From the NCBI RefSeq assembly GCF_006345805.1, contig NC_042999.1, forward strand, positions 5,208,001 through 5,272,000: a stretch of DNA of 64,000 nt. Reading direction: 5' to 3'. The position numbers and the translations under genes were made by a program. The notes under the pieces were generated by a model that was not told the origin of the DNA, did no database searches, and saw only the letters and a list, made by a program, of their open reading frames with translations. This document shows, one piece after another, positions 12,951 through 26,369 of this stretch (within the stretch, counting starts at the first letter, position 1; each line of letters starts with the position of its first letter). The DNA is from Octopus sinensis (lineage: Eukaryota).

Positions 12951-13009
12951 TCAAAATGCCAATATAAGGCCTGTAAATGCACCGAAAGTCTGCTGATGAT
13001 GATTTTGTC
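12951..13009 (-). CDS. Candidate terminal exon of a hinge-less SMCHD1 form (GQNHHQQTFGAFTGLILAF*)
   Basis: Long polypyrimidine acceptor (ttccattcttcgtgtttccatcttcag); phase-1 reading is compatible with exon 37 and stops after 19 residues; no clear homology. Confidence 0.35.
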
Positions 13010-13554
13010 CTGAAGATGGAAACACGAAGAATGGAAACTAAACTTAAGACAGAAGTCAGCTGAGGCTTTATTCTATTTTAATTAAATTCTAAAGACACAA
13101 AATTTAGCAACAAAATAAATGCTTCTCTTTTTTTCTTTTCTTTTAATTTAATTTGTTTCAACAAAATCGTTCCCTCGACCAAATTCAATTTATTGAAACT
13201 CACACAGGTTATAACGAGTAAGAAACCTGTTGATAATTAAAGATAATCACAATTTTGATTCGTTACATTGGTATTAAGGTCCCAGGATTGAACAAGATGA
13301 CTATATATGATTGATACTAAGGATATGTCAGGAACTTGTTGACCAGAAATAAATGAAAAGCAATGTCAGAGATTGCAGAGATGGATTTTGAAATGGCTAA
13401 GACTTATAGTGAACAGATTTCCACCATAAAGAATATTCCCAAATACTATACATTTTGTAGAATACCAAAAAGGTTTCTTATAGAGTGCACCAACTCCTTC
13501 TGTACAGCAAACACAATATATATCATAATATATATAATCTTTATATATACATAT

Positions 13555-13850
13555 ATATCACGTGATCACGTGACCGACCAGACCATCAGATGTTGTTACA
13601 CATCGCTGGTCACAATGCGTTCGCATTGTTTTAGCCATCGAATGACGCCACCCCGCTGGCTAAGCGAGCAGGCCAACAGAAGAAAGAGTGGTGAAAGAGT
13701 ACAGCAGGGATCACCACCCCCTGCCGGAGCCTCGTGGGGCTTTTAGGTGTTTTCGCTCAATAAACACTCACAACGCCCGGTCTGTGAATCGAAACCGCGT
13801 CCTACGACTGCGAGTCCGCTGCCCTAACCACTGGGCCATTGCGCCTCCAC
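13555..13850 (-). mobile_element. tRNA-derived SINE, family 3 (head also at 30915-31296)
   Basis: ggcgcaatggcccagtggttagggcagcggactcgc...gtttcgattc head; tail ends gtcacgtgatcacgtg before (AT)n. Confidence 0.8.
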
Positions 13851-13889
13851 ATACAAATATATATAATATAATAATCTTTATTGACTTAC

Positions 13890-14016
13890 CATTATAGAAC
13901 AAGAAAGGAATCTCCAATGGTTCGATCTTTTCTTTAAGGTTCTGTGCAGAGACTGTGCAGGATAAGACATACTCAAAACCATCTTTTCCTGGTGTGTTTT
14001 CTTGTAAGGTAACTTT
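13890..14016 (-). CDS. SMCHD1: SMCHD1 exon 37 (127 nt), last homologous exon found
   Basis: [20 protein letters not shown]...[11 protein letters not shown]; strong gtaagt donor, phase 1. Confidence 0.92.
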
Positions 14017-17000
14017 CTAGAAAATTAAATGATTCCATTTAGTACCAAAAGTTCAGGACAAGAGAGACGACATAAGAGAAATAAGTCAAATATAATTTCC
14101 TAAATGAAAAAGATATCCAATAACCAAGACTAAAATCACGAGTATTCGTTATGACAAGAGAGAAAGTTAACTCGTTAGCATTCAGATTTCTCTGTCAAAT
14201 GTAAGGTTTGTTTATTCATATCGATTTGAACTCGTCATGCTTTACCTTGGAGCTTTGAGATTTCAAACGACGTGTTTATTTCATCATCATTGTTTAATGT
14301 TCGCTTTCCATGCTGGCATGGGTTGGACGGTTTGAAGGAGGATTGGTAAGTCAGGAAGCTGCACCAAGCTCCAATCTGATCTGACAATGTTTCTACACCT
14401 GGATGCCCTGCCTAAGAGCTTAATATTGTTTATAAAGAAACAAAGTATTAATAAAGATCCTGCTTTCTCAGAAAGTGGTTGGCGTTAGGAAGGGCGTCAA
14501 GAAATAGAAACCATGCCAAATCAGATTGGAACCTGATGCAGCTTACCAGTTTTCAGTCAAACCATCCAACCCATGCCAGCATGGAAAACAGACATCAAAG
14601 GATGATGATGAATGTCATTCTGAAATTTAGAATCAAAACGGGTCCTCATTTTAAAGATTATAATTTATTGTACTGAGCAGATAAAACAAAGTCTTAGAAG
14701 TTCTCCTGGTTTGTCTTCTGCGTGTTTACAGGATGTGAAGAAAGATCTTATCGCAAACATTATTATATTAGCAAGCTGAATTAGATTTTGAAAAACATTT
14801 CTGAGTGAAGACTGTACCTGTAGAAGGGCTCGCCCTTTGAGTAATGGAACCAAAAGCTGTTTTGAAGGCCCTACAAAAGCAGGTATTTCATCCACCTCAT
14901 CTTGGGCTTTAACAACTACTTTGACCGACCCATCAAATTTTGGCTCTACTGGATTATCAAACTGGTCCTAAAAAGATATCAAAATAATATCAATAAATAA
15001 CTTGTGATATCAATTAAGAAAATTAAACAAACTTTGAAGACAAAAAGAATTTCCTTACCCTGAGCTCAAGAAGAAGAGATTCAATTAGGCAACGACTGGT
15101 ATTATTCTTGGAATTGCTCACTGTGGGGGTCCCTAGTGTCTCTAATGGCACTAACTTGGTTGGCACACTGGGGAGCACAGTAAGTGAGATCTAGGAGGAG
15201 AGAAATGGTTACAATGATATTATTAAGTTCTTCATATGGAGACACAACACAACCATTACATACAATGGTCATTCCATGCATCCATACTTTACAGAAAGAT
15301 AAAATCTGTCGGAATGTCTTTTTTTTTCTAAAAAACAAAAAAAAAAACAAAACAAGAAAAAAATCAAACTAAAAAACCTCACAAATAAAACAAACCATCT
15401 TTCACTTATTTAGAAACAAATTACTGACAATAATTGTTACCAGCGTCGCCTTACTGGCACTTGTGCCCGTGCTAGTAGGGTATTAAGAGCACCATCCGAG
15501 CGTGATCGTTGCCAGAGAAGCCAACTGGATCCAAGCTGGTGGCACGTAAAAGGGCATCATTCAAGCGTGATCATTACCAACATCACCTTACTGGCACCTG
15601 TGCCGGTGGCATGTGTAGAAAGATTCGAGCGAGGTCATTGCCAGTACCACCTGACTGACCCCGTGCCAGTGGCATGTAAAAATCACTCACTACACTCTCG
15701 GAGTGGTTGGCGTTAGGAAAGGCATCCAACTGTAGAAACTCTGCCAGATCAAGATTGGAGCCTGTTGCGGCCGTTAAACGATGATGATGAAACTATGTTA
15801 ATCAAATATTTGGAAGTTGAGACATGGCATAAATACCAAAAAATATTGAATTTCAAATTTTGGCACAAGGCCAGCAATTGTGGGGGAGGGGGTAAGTTGA
15901 TTACATCGACCCCTCAGTACTCAATTGGTACTTATTTTATCCACCTCAATAGGATGAAAGCAAAGTCAACCTTGCTGGAGTTTGAACTCAGAAAGTAAAG
16001 ATGGACAAAATACTGCTGAGTATTTCGCCCAGTGTGCAAAGAAATACTAAAATAACAAAGAAATATTAAAATAACACTCCCTAAATACGCATGCATATTT
16101 GTGTATCACATTTAATTTGAGCAGACAAAATAAATGTATAAATGGTGTGGTTTGAACAAGTTTACTTAACGAGAAACAGCAATCAGTTGCTAAATCCACA
16201 CACAATTTTAACCCCTTCGTTACCATATTTCTAAGTAATACACACTTCTTATAACTTTCAATTAAATTCTAAAATAATCACGAATTTAGACTGGTTTCAT
16301 TAAACAACTGTAACTTTTTTATTTATCGACATTTATGTAATTCTTGGAACACAATTGAAGAAAAGGTTCTTAATTCTTAATTCTACTGCACGACTTTTGA
16401 CTCAAAGTGACCAAGTTTGTTTCTGTATTGATCGCTTCAAACAAGCTTACATTTGCTTGATTTCTTCATATCTTCCATTGAAAAGCCCTCAAATTCAGTA
16501 TCACTGCTTGATAGCATGAAACTGTTATCCATTTTCAAAGTTGAAAAAATTCACCAAAGAGAAAAAATCTCCCAAAATTTGCAGAGCTCAGATATCATGT
16601 CAAACAATGTCAGAAAGTAACTCGACTATTTACAAAGTGAAATCACGTGTTTTCACAAATGAGATTTGTGCTGAAATTCCCATTAAAATATCAATGGGTT
16701 TGTTTGGCTATCTTCGGCCAGGTTGGTCATCTAAGCCAAAAACTTTTTCATACAGGTTGGTAACGAAAGGGTTAAATTGGCTACAACCACCAAAGACTAG
16801 TAGATTTTATTCTAAATAAATAAACAAAAAGAGAAACTCACCACTTCACTATCTACATTATATTTCCCATCATAATATACAAACATAATACTGAACTTGC
16901 CAGCCAACTCTGGACAGCGTTTGTTGCTGTAAAATATAGGAAAAATAGAAAATAAAAAAATGCGAATTTTATAGAAAAGATCAAAGGAGAAGTGAGATTT

Positions 17001-20000
17001 ATGAAATAAGAAACAAATAAGAAATTATTATGGGATCAATGGAACAACAAGAAAACTAAAATATCGTCATACCTGAAAGTAAAGATTCCTTTCTCATTGT
17101 TCACGTTGTCAGGTGCATATGAAATTGCCTGAAATAAATTTAGTGTGATAACATATCGAATAGGAAATCATATAAATGAATTTAACATTCAATCTGCAAA
17201 TGGCTGGTTACATTCATCTCTATCAAATGTCTTCCTTTTTTTCTTCATTATCATCACCGTCATTTAGCTTCCGTTTTCCATGTGGGTATGGGTTAAATGG
17301 TTTGACTGGAACTGGTAGGCCAGAGAACTGTATCAGGCTCCAGTCTATTTTGGTTTAGTTTCTATGACTGGATGCCCTTCCTAATGCCAACTACACCACA
17401 GAGTGTACTGGGTGCCTTTTATGTGTCACCAGCACTGGCCATGACTACGATTCCACTAAGCTTGACATGTCTCTTCCCAAACACAGCAAATCACCAACAG
17501 TCTTGGTCACTTGCCATCTCCTCCACATTCAAAGACTATGCTTCAGCAACTCATCCTATGTCTACCTGGGTCTACCTCTTCCACAAATTCTCTCCACAGA
17601 GATCGGTACTTTTTTATGCAGCTGTTCTCGTCCATATACATCACATGGCCACACCAGTGCAGTCTTCTCTCTTGCACACTACATCATCATCATCATCATT
17701 GTTCGACCGTGGTCGAGACAAAGGAATTTACTATGTTACGCCAGACCTCACGGTCCATCATGGCATTACGGAGGTCCTGTTGCTGAATGTCTGTATCCCT
17801 GGAGATTACATCAGGGTAGGAGAGTGTGCGCCCTCTGATATCATGAGCAGATGGCTTCCAGAGGAGAAGAGTAGAAATTACCTCGTTTTCAGCTCTACAA
17901 CAACGTCCAGCAAACTGGACTCTTCTACCTTTCACAAGAGATGATACAGGTGGTAGTTTCCCATATATTTGTACTTTGGTTGGATGACGCTGCCACGAAA
18001 GATTTTGAGCTCTCATAAGGAGGTGAGTATAAGTTCCATCCAACCACCTCTCAAGCTTCTTTCTTGCACACTACATCCGATGCCTCTTATATCCATTTTT
18101 CTCTCTCAAAGCACTCCTCACACTCAGTCGTATGTCCACACTGACAATGCACATCCCATTAACATCTGTATTAACAAAGGTAAGAAGTTATTTGAAAAAG
18201 AAAAACTATACTGTGAGGATTCCTTTTAGAAATAAGTTCTTAACCCATGCTTATTGAACATAACATCTAAACTTCTACCCCAACACACACATTTATACAT
18301 ATATATACACATTTCTTGCACCCTACATTCTGTAATTATATGTAAAAGTTAAATATTTTGAAGACCATTTCTATGTTATTTACCAGTTGCTGAAGATTTT
18401 ATAGACCTTGCTAGTTTCATGTAACAAGCACCCAGTCCACCTTGTAAAGTGGTTGGCATTAGGAAGGGCATCCAACTGTAAAACCATGCCAAAACAGACA
18501 GTGGAACTTAGTGCAGACCTCTGGCTGGTGAGCTCCTGTCAAACCATCCAACCCATGCCAGTATGGAAGACAGACGTTAAAAAATGATGATGATGATGCT
18601 GAAAACCCAAAAAGTGGCTGTCTATTTATGTCCCCCAAATGTTTTACAAATCTGCTGAAGGCAGTTTCAATGAAGTGCTTACAATTCCCAGAGAGAAAAT
18701 ATCAAGGGTTTAATAAGAATTGTTCAATTCAAGCCAGCAAAATTCAACTGAGGTGGGGGGGGGGGGGCAGGGGACTGTAAAATACATAAAGAAACTACTT
18801 ACTTTGGGAGGTGGTATTGACTGGTGACTAGAATCTGAAGGCCATTGTTTCATTGACAGATGTGAATGCTTTGCCAAAGTTAATGGATTACCATCTTCAG
18901 CCAATACTTTCACTGTGTATACTTTAAAGAGATTAGGAAAATAAATATTACAGTTTATTTCATATAAAAAATTGCTAAGTGAAAGGTGTGTGTGTGTGTG
19001 TGTGTGTGAAACGGATTTGATAAAGAAGTCTCAAAGCCTATTTTATCATACTTTTTATAACTAAGTTGGTTGCATCTATAAGATCAGAAATATATATTAG
19101 TCTTTACTCTTTACTCTTTTACTTGTTTCAGTCATTTGACTGCGGCCATGCTGGAGCACCGCCTTTAGTCGAGCAAATCGACCCCGGGACTTATTCTTTG
19201 TAAGCCTAGTACTTATTCTATCGGTCTCTTTTGCCGAACCGCTAAGTGACGGGGACGTAAACACACACCAGCATCGGTTGTCAAGCAATGCTAGGGAGAC
19301 AAACACAGACACACACATATATATAAATATACATATATACGACAGGCTTCTTTCAGTTTCCGTCTACTAAATCCACTCACAAGGCATTGGTCGGCCCGGG
19401 GCTATAGCAGAAGACACTTGCCCAAGGTGCCACGCAGTGGGACTGAACCCGGCACCATGTGGTTGGTTAGCAAGCTACTTACCACACAGCCACTCCTGCG
19501 CCTATTCTATATTATTCTATATTTTTATATTTATTATTTGGTTATTAAGCGTGTGAATTCCTACTTTTGTATGTTTAATGCCAGCTAGGAGCCTGAAAGA
19601 ACTTCAACTTGTGCAAATGTATTTCTTCTGTTTGAAATTACAAAGATCTTATTTGGGCAAAATATTATAATATTTTTTAAAGATTGATTTAAGTTATATG
19701 AATTAATTTAATACCCTTGTAATTAACTGTAAACGTATTCATTTAAAACGATTCTAATTAATATGTCATTTTTTAAAGTTTTCCAATGACATGAATTTTT
19801 TACAATAAGAATTGTCATAGAATAATTTTAATCCCTAAGGAATTCCTAAGCTGTGTATGAAATATTTTCAACATCTCTCGTCTCTTTGTATTAAGTTTCC
19901 ATTCCTGCTATTTTAAAAATTTCTGTGTCTGCATCATGCAAAAGACTTACCAGGCAACTTTGAGCCAGCTTCTACTGCTATATTACTTTTACAATCAACC

Positions 20001-23000
20001 TCAAGACTAAGAGGTTTGGTTGGATCTGGTCGAATGCTGATCTTAATTCTTGGCCCTGTGATGGTTCTACTCCCTCCAAGCAGAGCTTTCACTGACAATT
20101 CATAGACACCCCTGTAAAACGAAACAGTTCTCTTTCATAATCAATTTTAAAAAGGCATGAAGAAGTTTTTGAATTCAGCAGAATTAATTGTAAATAGAAT
20201 CCCAAGAAGAAGGAAAAAGAGAAGAAAAAAGAACCACAATTTGGTCTTACCTTGGCCCATTGACAGAGAAGGCTCCAAAGTCTACTTGTCCTTCATTATC
20301 GGTTTTCAATGTAGTAGCAGAAGGCACAATCTGAAATTGTAAATCAATTTAGCATGTCATTTTTTCCCTAATATCAATATTCCAGAAGCAAAACAATAGT
20401 TTTAAATGATTGCAAAACCAGATGAAGGTTTTATTAATCCACTAGAGGTGAGAAGATTAATTACATTAGACGGATATTTGTCCTCATCTTGTTTGTTGTT
20501 AACACAACATTTCAGCTGATATAACCTCCAGCCTTCATCAGGTGTCGTGGGGAAATTTCAAACCTGGGTTCTCACTCCTAAGGTATTTTTCGATATTATT
20601 ATTATTCAGGTCATTGCTTGGAATTGAACTCGGAATCTTGGGGTAAATAGCCCGTGCTTTTAACCACTATGCCATATGCCTGTGGGCATTCCAGGCAGTG
20701 ACCTGAATAATTATAATAATAATTACATCGAAAAATACCTAAGGAATGAGAACCCAGGTTCAAAATTTCCCCAAGACACCTGATGAAGGCTGGAGGGTAT
20801 ATCAGCCGAAACGTGTTAACAACAAACAAGGTGTGAACAAATATACGTCAAATGTAAACAATGTAAATAATTCCTCATCTCTTAAATATAGAACTGAAAT
20901 CTTGAAAAGATCAGCATTTTTTAAATACCAATCTCTCCTGTTTACTATAACATGTATATAATACTCAAAAGTTGTTTCACTTAATGACTAATAGAAATTT
21001 TGAAGAGACCATAATAAATTTATTGGCATTAAATTTTAGTATGCTTTACATTATATGCTGAACTTATGTTATATGGAAAAACTTTTATAAATTATACAAT
21101 TTGTATTATTTTTAAAGAAATGCAATTCATTATAATGTAATAATTTGCTGATAAAAAAATACCTTAATTTTTTGATCTTTATTCAAAAGGATTTTTACAT
21201 CTTTCTCTTTACATTGGTTGCCCCTGTCATCACACAGCGATACAACTAAATGTTGATTAATTTTTCCACCATCATACACCACAATAGGCTGAAGAAAAGA
21301 AAAAACAACATATAAAGAGGTTTGGTTTGCTGTAGCATGGCTCAGTATTTGTGCTGAATCTTAAAACCCTTCCCACAAAACATAACAACTAAAATGTCAC
21401 TCTACCAACATGATAACATGTACAAGAGAAATCCTTACCAACAGCCAATCCAGAGAGATTTTGTGACTCTGCTCTTCCTGACAAAAATTTCATTTTATTG
21501 GTTTGTTTTCAACCATTCTAGATATTTTATGGCAAATAATTTCTTTTATTGCTATTAAGTTTTTTTAATTTATTTTACTCTTTCTTGTATACATTATATT
21601 GGGTCATCCTATCAATAATGCATTTTTTTTAATTGCATGCATCAAAGTCAAAGAGGGGACGGGATAAACTACCTGCATCAACTCTGTTTATCTTAATTTT
21701 GAAAAATAAAAGACATCATCATCGTTTAACGTCCGTTCTCCATGCTAGCACGGGTTGGACGGTTCGACCGGGGATCTGGGAAGCCAGAAGGCTGCACCAG
21801 GCTCCAGTCTGATCTGGCAGTGTTTCTACAGCTGGATGCCCTTCCTAACACCAACCACTCCGTGAGTGTAGTGAGTGCTTTATACGTGCCACCCGCACAG
21901 GTGCCAGACGAGGCTGGCAATGGCCACGATCGGATTGGTGCATTTTACGTGCCACCGGCACGGAAGCTAGTCGAGGCGGCACTGGCATCGGCCACGATTC
22001 GGATGGTACTTTTTACGTGCCACCGGCACAGAAGCCAGTCGAGGCGACGCTGGCATGAAAAAACAAAAAACTGCATTATTTATGGGATGACCCAATATTT
22101 CACAAAGCTAATTTTTGGCATTATTTCAGTCTTTGATTATCTGCATTCCATTTTACGAGCAATTTTCAAGCAAACAAAAACACTTTTCGAAACATCTAAA
22201 GAAACATTTATTGTGTAAATAAATGAAAAATTGAGAAGTGTTTATTACTGAATGTCTTAAAAATTATCAGAACGAGGGAGAAGACAGGGATTCTAATGCA
22301 AGATTATGGAATAGCAAAGGGGAAATAAGTCATAAGAAACGGGCAGAATTTGGCAGAGAACAAAAAGCTCTATATGTACTGAGCTGGGAAAGGTTTGCTG
22401 AAAGTAGCAGCTAAGTGACATTTGGAGACAGAGCTAGAATGGCACCAAGAATAACTGTTGCCACTCCTATTTCATAATGGTTTCTCTTTTTTGGGGGGTG
22501 GGGGTATCAAGGGCAGATAAAACCTTTAAGATGTCTTCCCATTTAGCAAATAGGTTATAAAATCTGGGTACATGGAGTAAATAAAATGATAGCATAAACA
22601 ATTAAATATAAGAAATAATAATTTTCCTTTTTTACTTTTGTTTAAATTAAATAAAAAAATACTTTACTTTTCTAAACGCTGGTTGAGGAAAAGTTTCATC
22701 CATACAAGCTACAGATATTGCATCACTTAAATGAAGACGACCCTGATAGACGAATGTAGATGTGCGAATGGTTTTCAGATGAATTGGATGAAAATATCAA
22801 TTTTACTAAAATGTAGACTTATTTAATTGAGTTCACCTGAATTTTGCAAGGCGCATCAAGTCATGCATCGAAAATGATGGGAATCATGTTGAAAATATTG
22901 TTTATTAACATTATAATTAAATAAAATTGTTTTGTTTTAAAAGTATGTGTTAATACCCATGTACCCAGACTTTGTGGACACCCTGTAGAACATACCAAAA

Positions 23001-26000
23001 GTCTTGGAAGAAAGGAACAATAGAGATCAAAATCAAAATAATAAAACCAACACTAACAAGAAAAAAAAATCTGTTTGAAACCCAAATGAAGAAAACAACA
23101 AAGAATCAAAAGAAAAGACGATAATAATAAAGATCTGAATTATAAAGAGTATAAAGTATACGTAGCTAATGGTTGGCAAATGCAGAGTTAGAGTTTACTT
23201 AAGATATTTATGGATCTAAATAGAGTGTACTTCCACATCACCAGTTTCTTTGTATTTATAAAAAGAGAAAAATCTGTTGCAAAAGAAAGAAAAGGCTTAC
23301 CTCATCCAAGTCCCATCCTGGAATAATAAGCTGAGAAGGAGGCCCTGATACCAACTCAATGCGGATGTAATCCTTGAGTTTCTTCCATTGAAACATCAAC
23401 TCTTTGGAACCAGTGTGAACATCCTCTAACTGGATGCCTTTTACACAGAAGGCACATTGCTGAAACAGAACCAGAGGAAACTGAGAATTGAAACAGGGTG
23501 AACATCATATTCAATCATCATCGTTTAACATCAGATCTTCAGACTGGCATGGGTTGGATAGGGGCCACACCAAGTTCCAAGATCTATTTTTGGCTTGGTT
23601 TCTACAGTTTGATGCCCTTCCTAATGACAACCACTTTGCAGAGTGTATTGGGTGCTTCTTATGAGGCACCAACACCACTGCTTTTTACGTGGCATGAGTA
23701 ATTACATTTTAAATTGTCACAATAATCTTAGGTTAATTCCTAATATATATATATATGTGCATCACTGAATATTGTAATCCTTTAGCTTCAGATTATTCTT
23801 ATCTACCATAAATCCTTGAGTATAATCCGCATTTTCCTCCCAAAATTTAAAGGTCAAAATCCCTAGTGCATACTATATACGAGGTTAAAAATTAAAAATA
23901 TTTTCTAAGCAATGTCTGAGTCTCTCTTTGCTGTCCGGCAATGTTTATTCAGACACATTTTGTGATGTCGGGTGCAAAAATACCTTAAGCTAAGCCTGAA
24001 AGCAATGAAGTCATAAAAGAATCATCCATAACTTGCTATAAGCAACATTTACTAAACATTAATACTGTTATTTCTTTATTTTCTGCAAACAAAATGCACA
24101 AAAAAGCTACACGTTTGCATTATGTTATACATACAATAATAATAAAGGACGTTACCATATAGTTTTACAAACCAAGGATGTTACATAGACCTCCTTGACT
24201 CAAGTTAGAAGAGGGGTGCGTATTATACAAGAGGTTTAAGTTTTTCAGAGGTACAGCCCCCTAAAAAACCCCTGCGTATTATACTCAAGGGTGGACTATA
24301 CTCGAGGATTTACGGTATTCACATTGTTTTGAATTAATCAGGTATTATCATGAAGCTTTGAGATTTTGGTGATGTGATTGCCTAGTTTAAGAATGACATT
24401 GTAGAACAGGTGTGAGAGACCAGGTCTGGCTAGATGGAATATAAAGTGGGTAGAATTTTTGGGTTGGTTTAAATGCTAAAAGGTTAAATAAGTGACATTT
24501 TTTTTTTGCAGGTGAAAATCTTGAAACAATTTTGCAACTTTACCAATCTGTTCCAATTTCCAGGTCATTAAAATATTTGCTTCAACAATCCAAATATATA
24601 TTTATGAAATTCTAACAAGACAAACGAATACACACACACAAAAAAGTTTTAATGTGAATTTAATTTCTATAAAAGTTTTTTTGTTTGTCATAATTACTTA
24701 CCTGACCTTTATACTTCTGGATTTTGTCAGTCATTAAGCCATCAGCACTAATGTTCAGCTCTTGTAGTTCTGAAGCTTGGAACTGAAGAGGAGAAAATAA
24801 AGATTTATTTCATATCTTGAGAGAAGACGAACAAAACCCTTGTATAAAAACTTTATATCTCATCACCATCATCATTTATAACATCTGTTGTACATGCTGG
24901 CATGGGTTGGCTGGTTTGACCAGGAATGGTAAGCTGGAAGGCCGCCCCAGACTCCAGTCTGATTTGGTATTGTTTTCCACAGCTGGATGCCCTTCCTAAC
25001 GCCAACCACACTGAGAGTGTAATGGGTGCCTCTATGTTCCACTGGCACAGGTGCCATTTGCATGACACCAGTATCTGCCACAACTGCAAGTTTTGCTCAG
25101 GTTGATGGGTCTTCTTCTCAAGCATGACAATGTCTGGACAGCTTCCTGCTAGCCAGCTCCATGTCTAAAACTACCTTAATTTTATAAAACATGGTAATTT
25201 GGCTGCATTTTTCATTCCTCAAAGGCCTCATTTATGACAAGTATTAAACAGAAATGGTTGGGTCACCAATTTTTCAATGCTAGTAAAGTGGTGGATCATT
25301 TGTCAGACATCATACAACTGCCCACCTTGGATGTTTTTCTGAAACCCAATTAAGGCAAAGACTTCCTGGATATTCTGGTAGATTAGGAGACAACTAGTCT
25401 TATATACAAACATCAAACATGAGGCCTATTATATAAGGAATTCAAAGACTTGTCATTACACAAACAATATAACGACAATTTAAAGAAAGGAAAATGTGTG
25501 AAAGTAAATACGACTTTATAAAAATTTTTAAAAAAGGGATTAAATTGATTAACTTACATCTGTTATTTCATTGCCATTTTTATCTCTGATGCTGACTTGA
25601 ATCTCACTTTCCATTTGCTCCTTAATACGTAAACTGCAACTCCCTTTTACCTTGCACCTCATCTGAGAAGGTTCTCCTGCTTTGGCCCTGCACATTGAGA
25701 AAGTTAAATCATGACAGGAAGTTTAAAAGAATGTAAAAAACAGACAAACAAGAGAAAAAGAGAGAATAAGAAAGAAAGTTCTACACACACACACACACAT
25801 ATAAATGAAAGAATGGAGTCGAACGAAGATGTTAACAAAATTCCTTTACTCTCGACATGTTTCGAAGATAGCATGTTTTCATTCCAAAGGAATAAAGGGT
25901 GCATTATGCAATCTTCTCAACAGGAAAGAAAGGGATGCTGACGATAAACATAGGATAATTCATTCACCTACTTATATATATATATATATTTATTAGCAGT

Positions 26001-26330
26001 TAAGCCTGGTTTCACCCGGTCTGTTTGGATAATGTGGGTATGACTGTTTTCGGTTAGACATAATCTATAACAGCGTTTGTCAACCTTATCATTTTGGGTC
26101 CCCTGTTTTGATTGGAGCCTCCAGCTGTATGAAAATTTCCACCACCCCCACTGTCAGAAAACAGCTTCAGATCGATTTTCTCAATAAGTATGGGGGTTAG
26201 GAAAAAAATACAAACTGCATTCCAATCTATGTACCTGTCTCCACATGTGTGCCATTTTTCATGCAAATCCACCCAGCCATTTGGCTGTGAACCTCAAGAC
26301 AAGAAAGAATATGATTGCCCATGTCCAAAT

Positions 26331-26369
<39 letters not shown>

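Larger units (their letters stand above)
20461..20858. mobile_element. Palindromic element: about 165-bp inverted arms, each with a hammerhead motif, around a tRNA-like Pol III cassette
   Basis: Arms 20461-20624 and 20688-20858 are reverse complements; centre on minus has TGGCATAGTGG and GAGTTCAATTCC boxes. Confidence 0.8.

Noticed and set aside
12709-13009. Longer open frame after the 13009 acceptor, considered as the next SMCHD1 exon
   Set aside because: It needs a phase-2 junction while exon 37 ends in phase 1, and it has no similarity to the coiled-coil region.
13005-13050. CTGAAGA...GAAAC hammerhead-like string
   Set aside because: No stem II pairing and no convincing stem I or III.
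13363-13746. 127-aa plus-strand ORF
   Set aside because: It runs through (AT)-rich sequence into an antisense SINE, with no splice or domain support.
13790-13850. tRNA-like sequences (also SINE heads at 19450, 20640, 48940, 62520)
   Set aside because: They lack complete cloverleaf acceptor stems and run into SINE bodies, so they are not tRNA genes.
26054-26272. Minus-strand ORF between SMCHD1 exons
   Set aside because: It overlaps a hAT-like MITE end (cagcgtttgtcaacc); the real exon chain skips it in phase.
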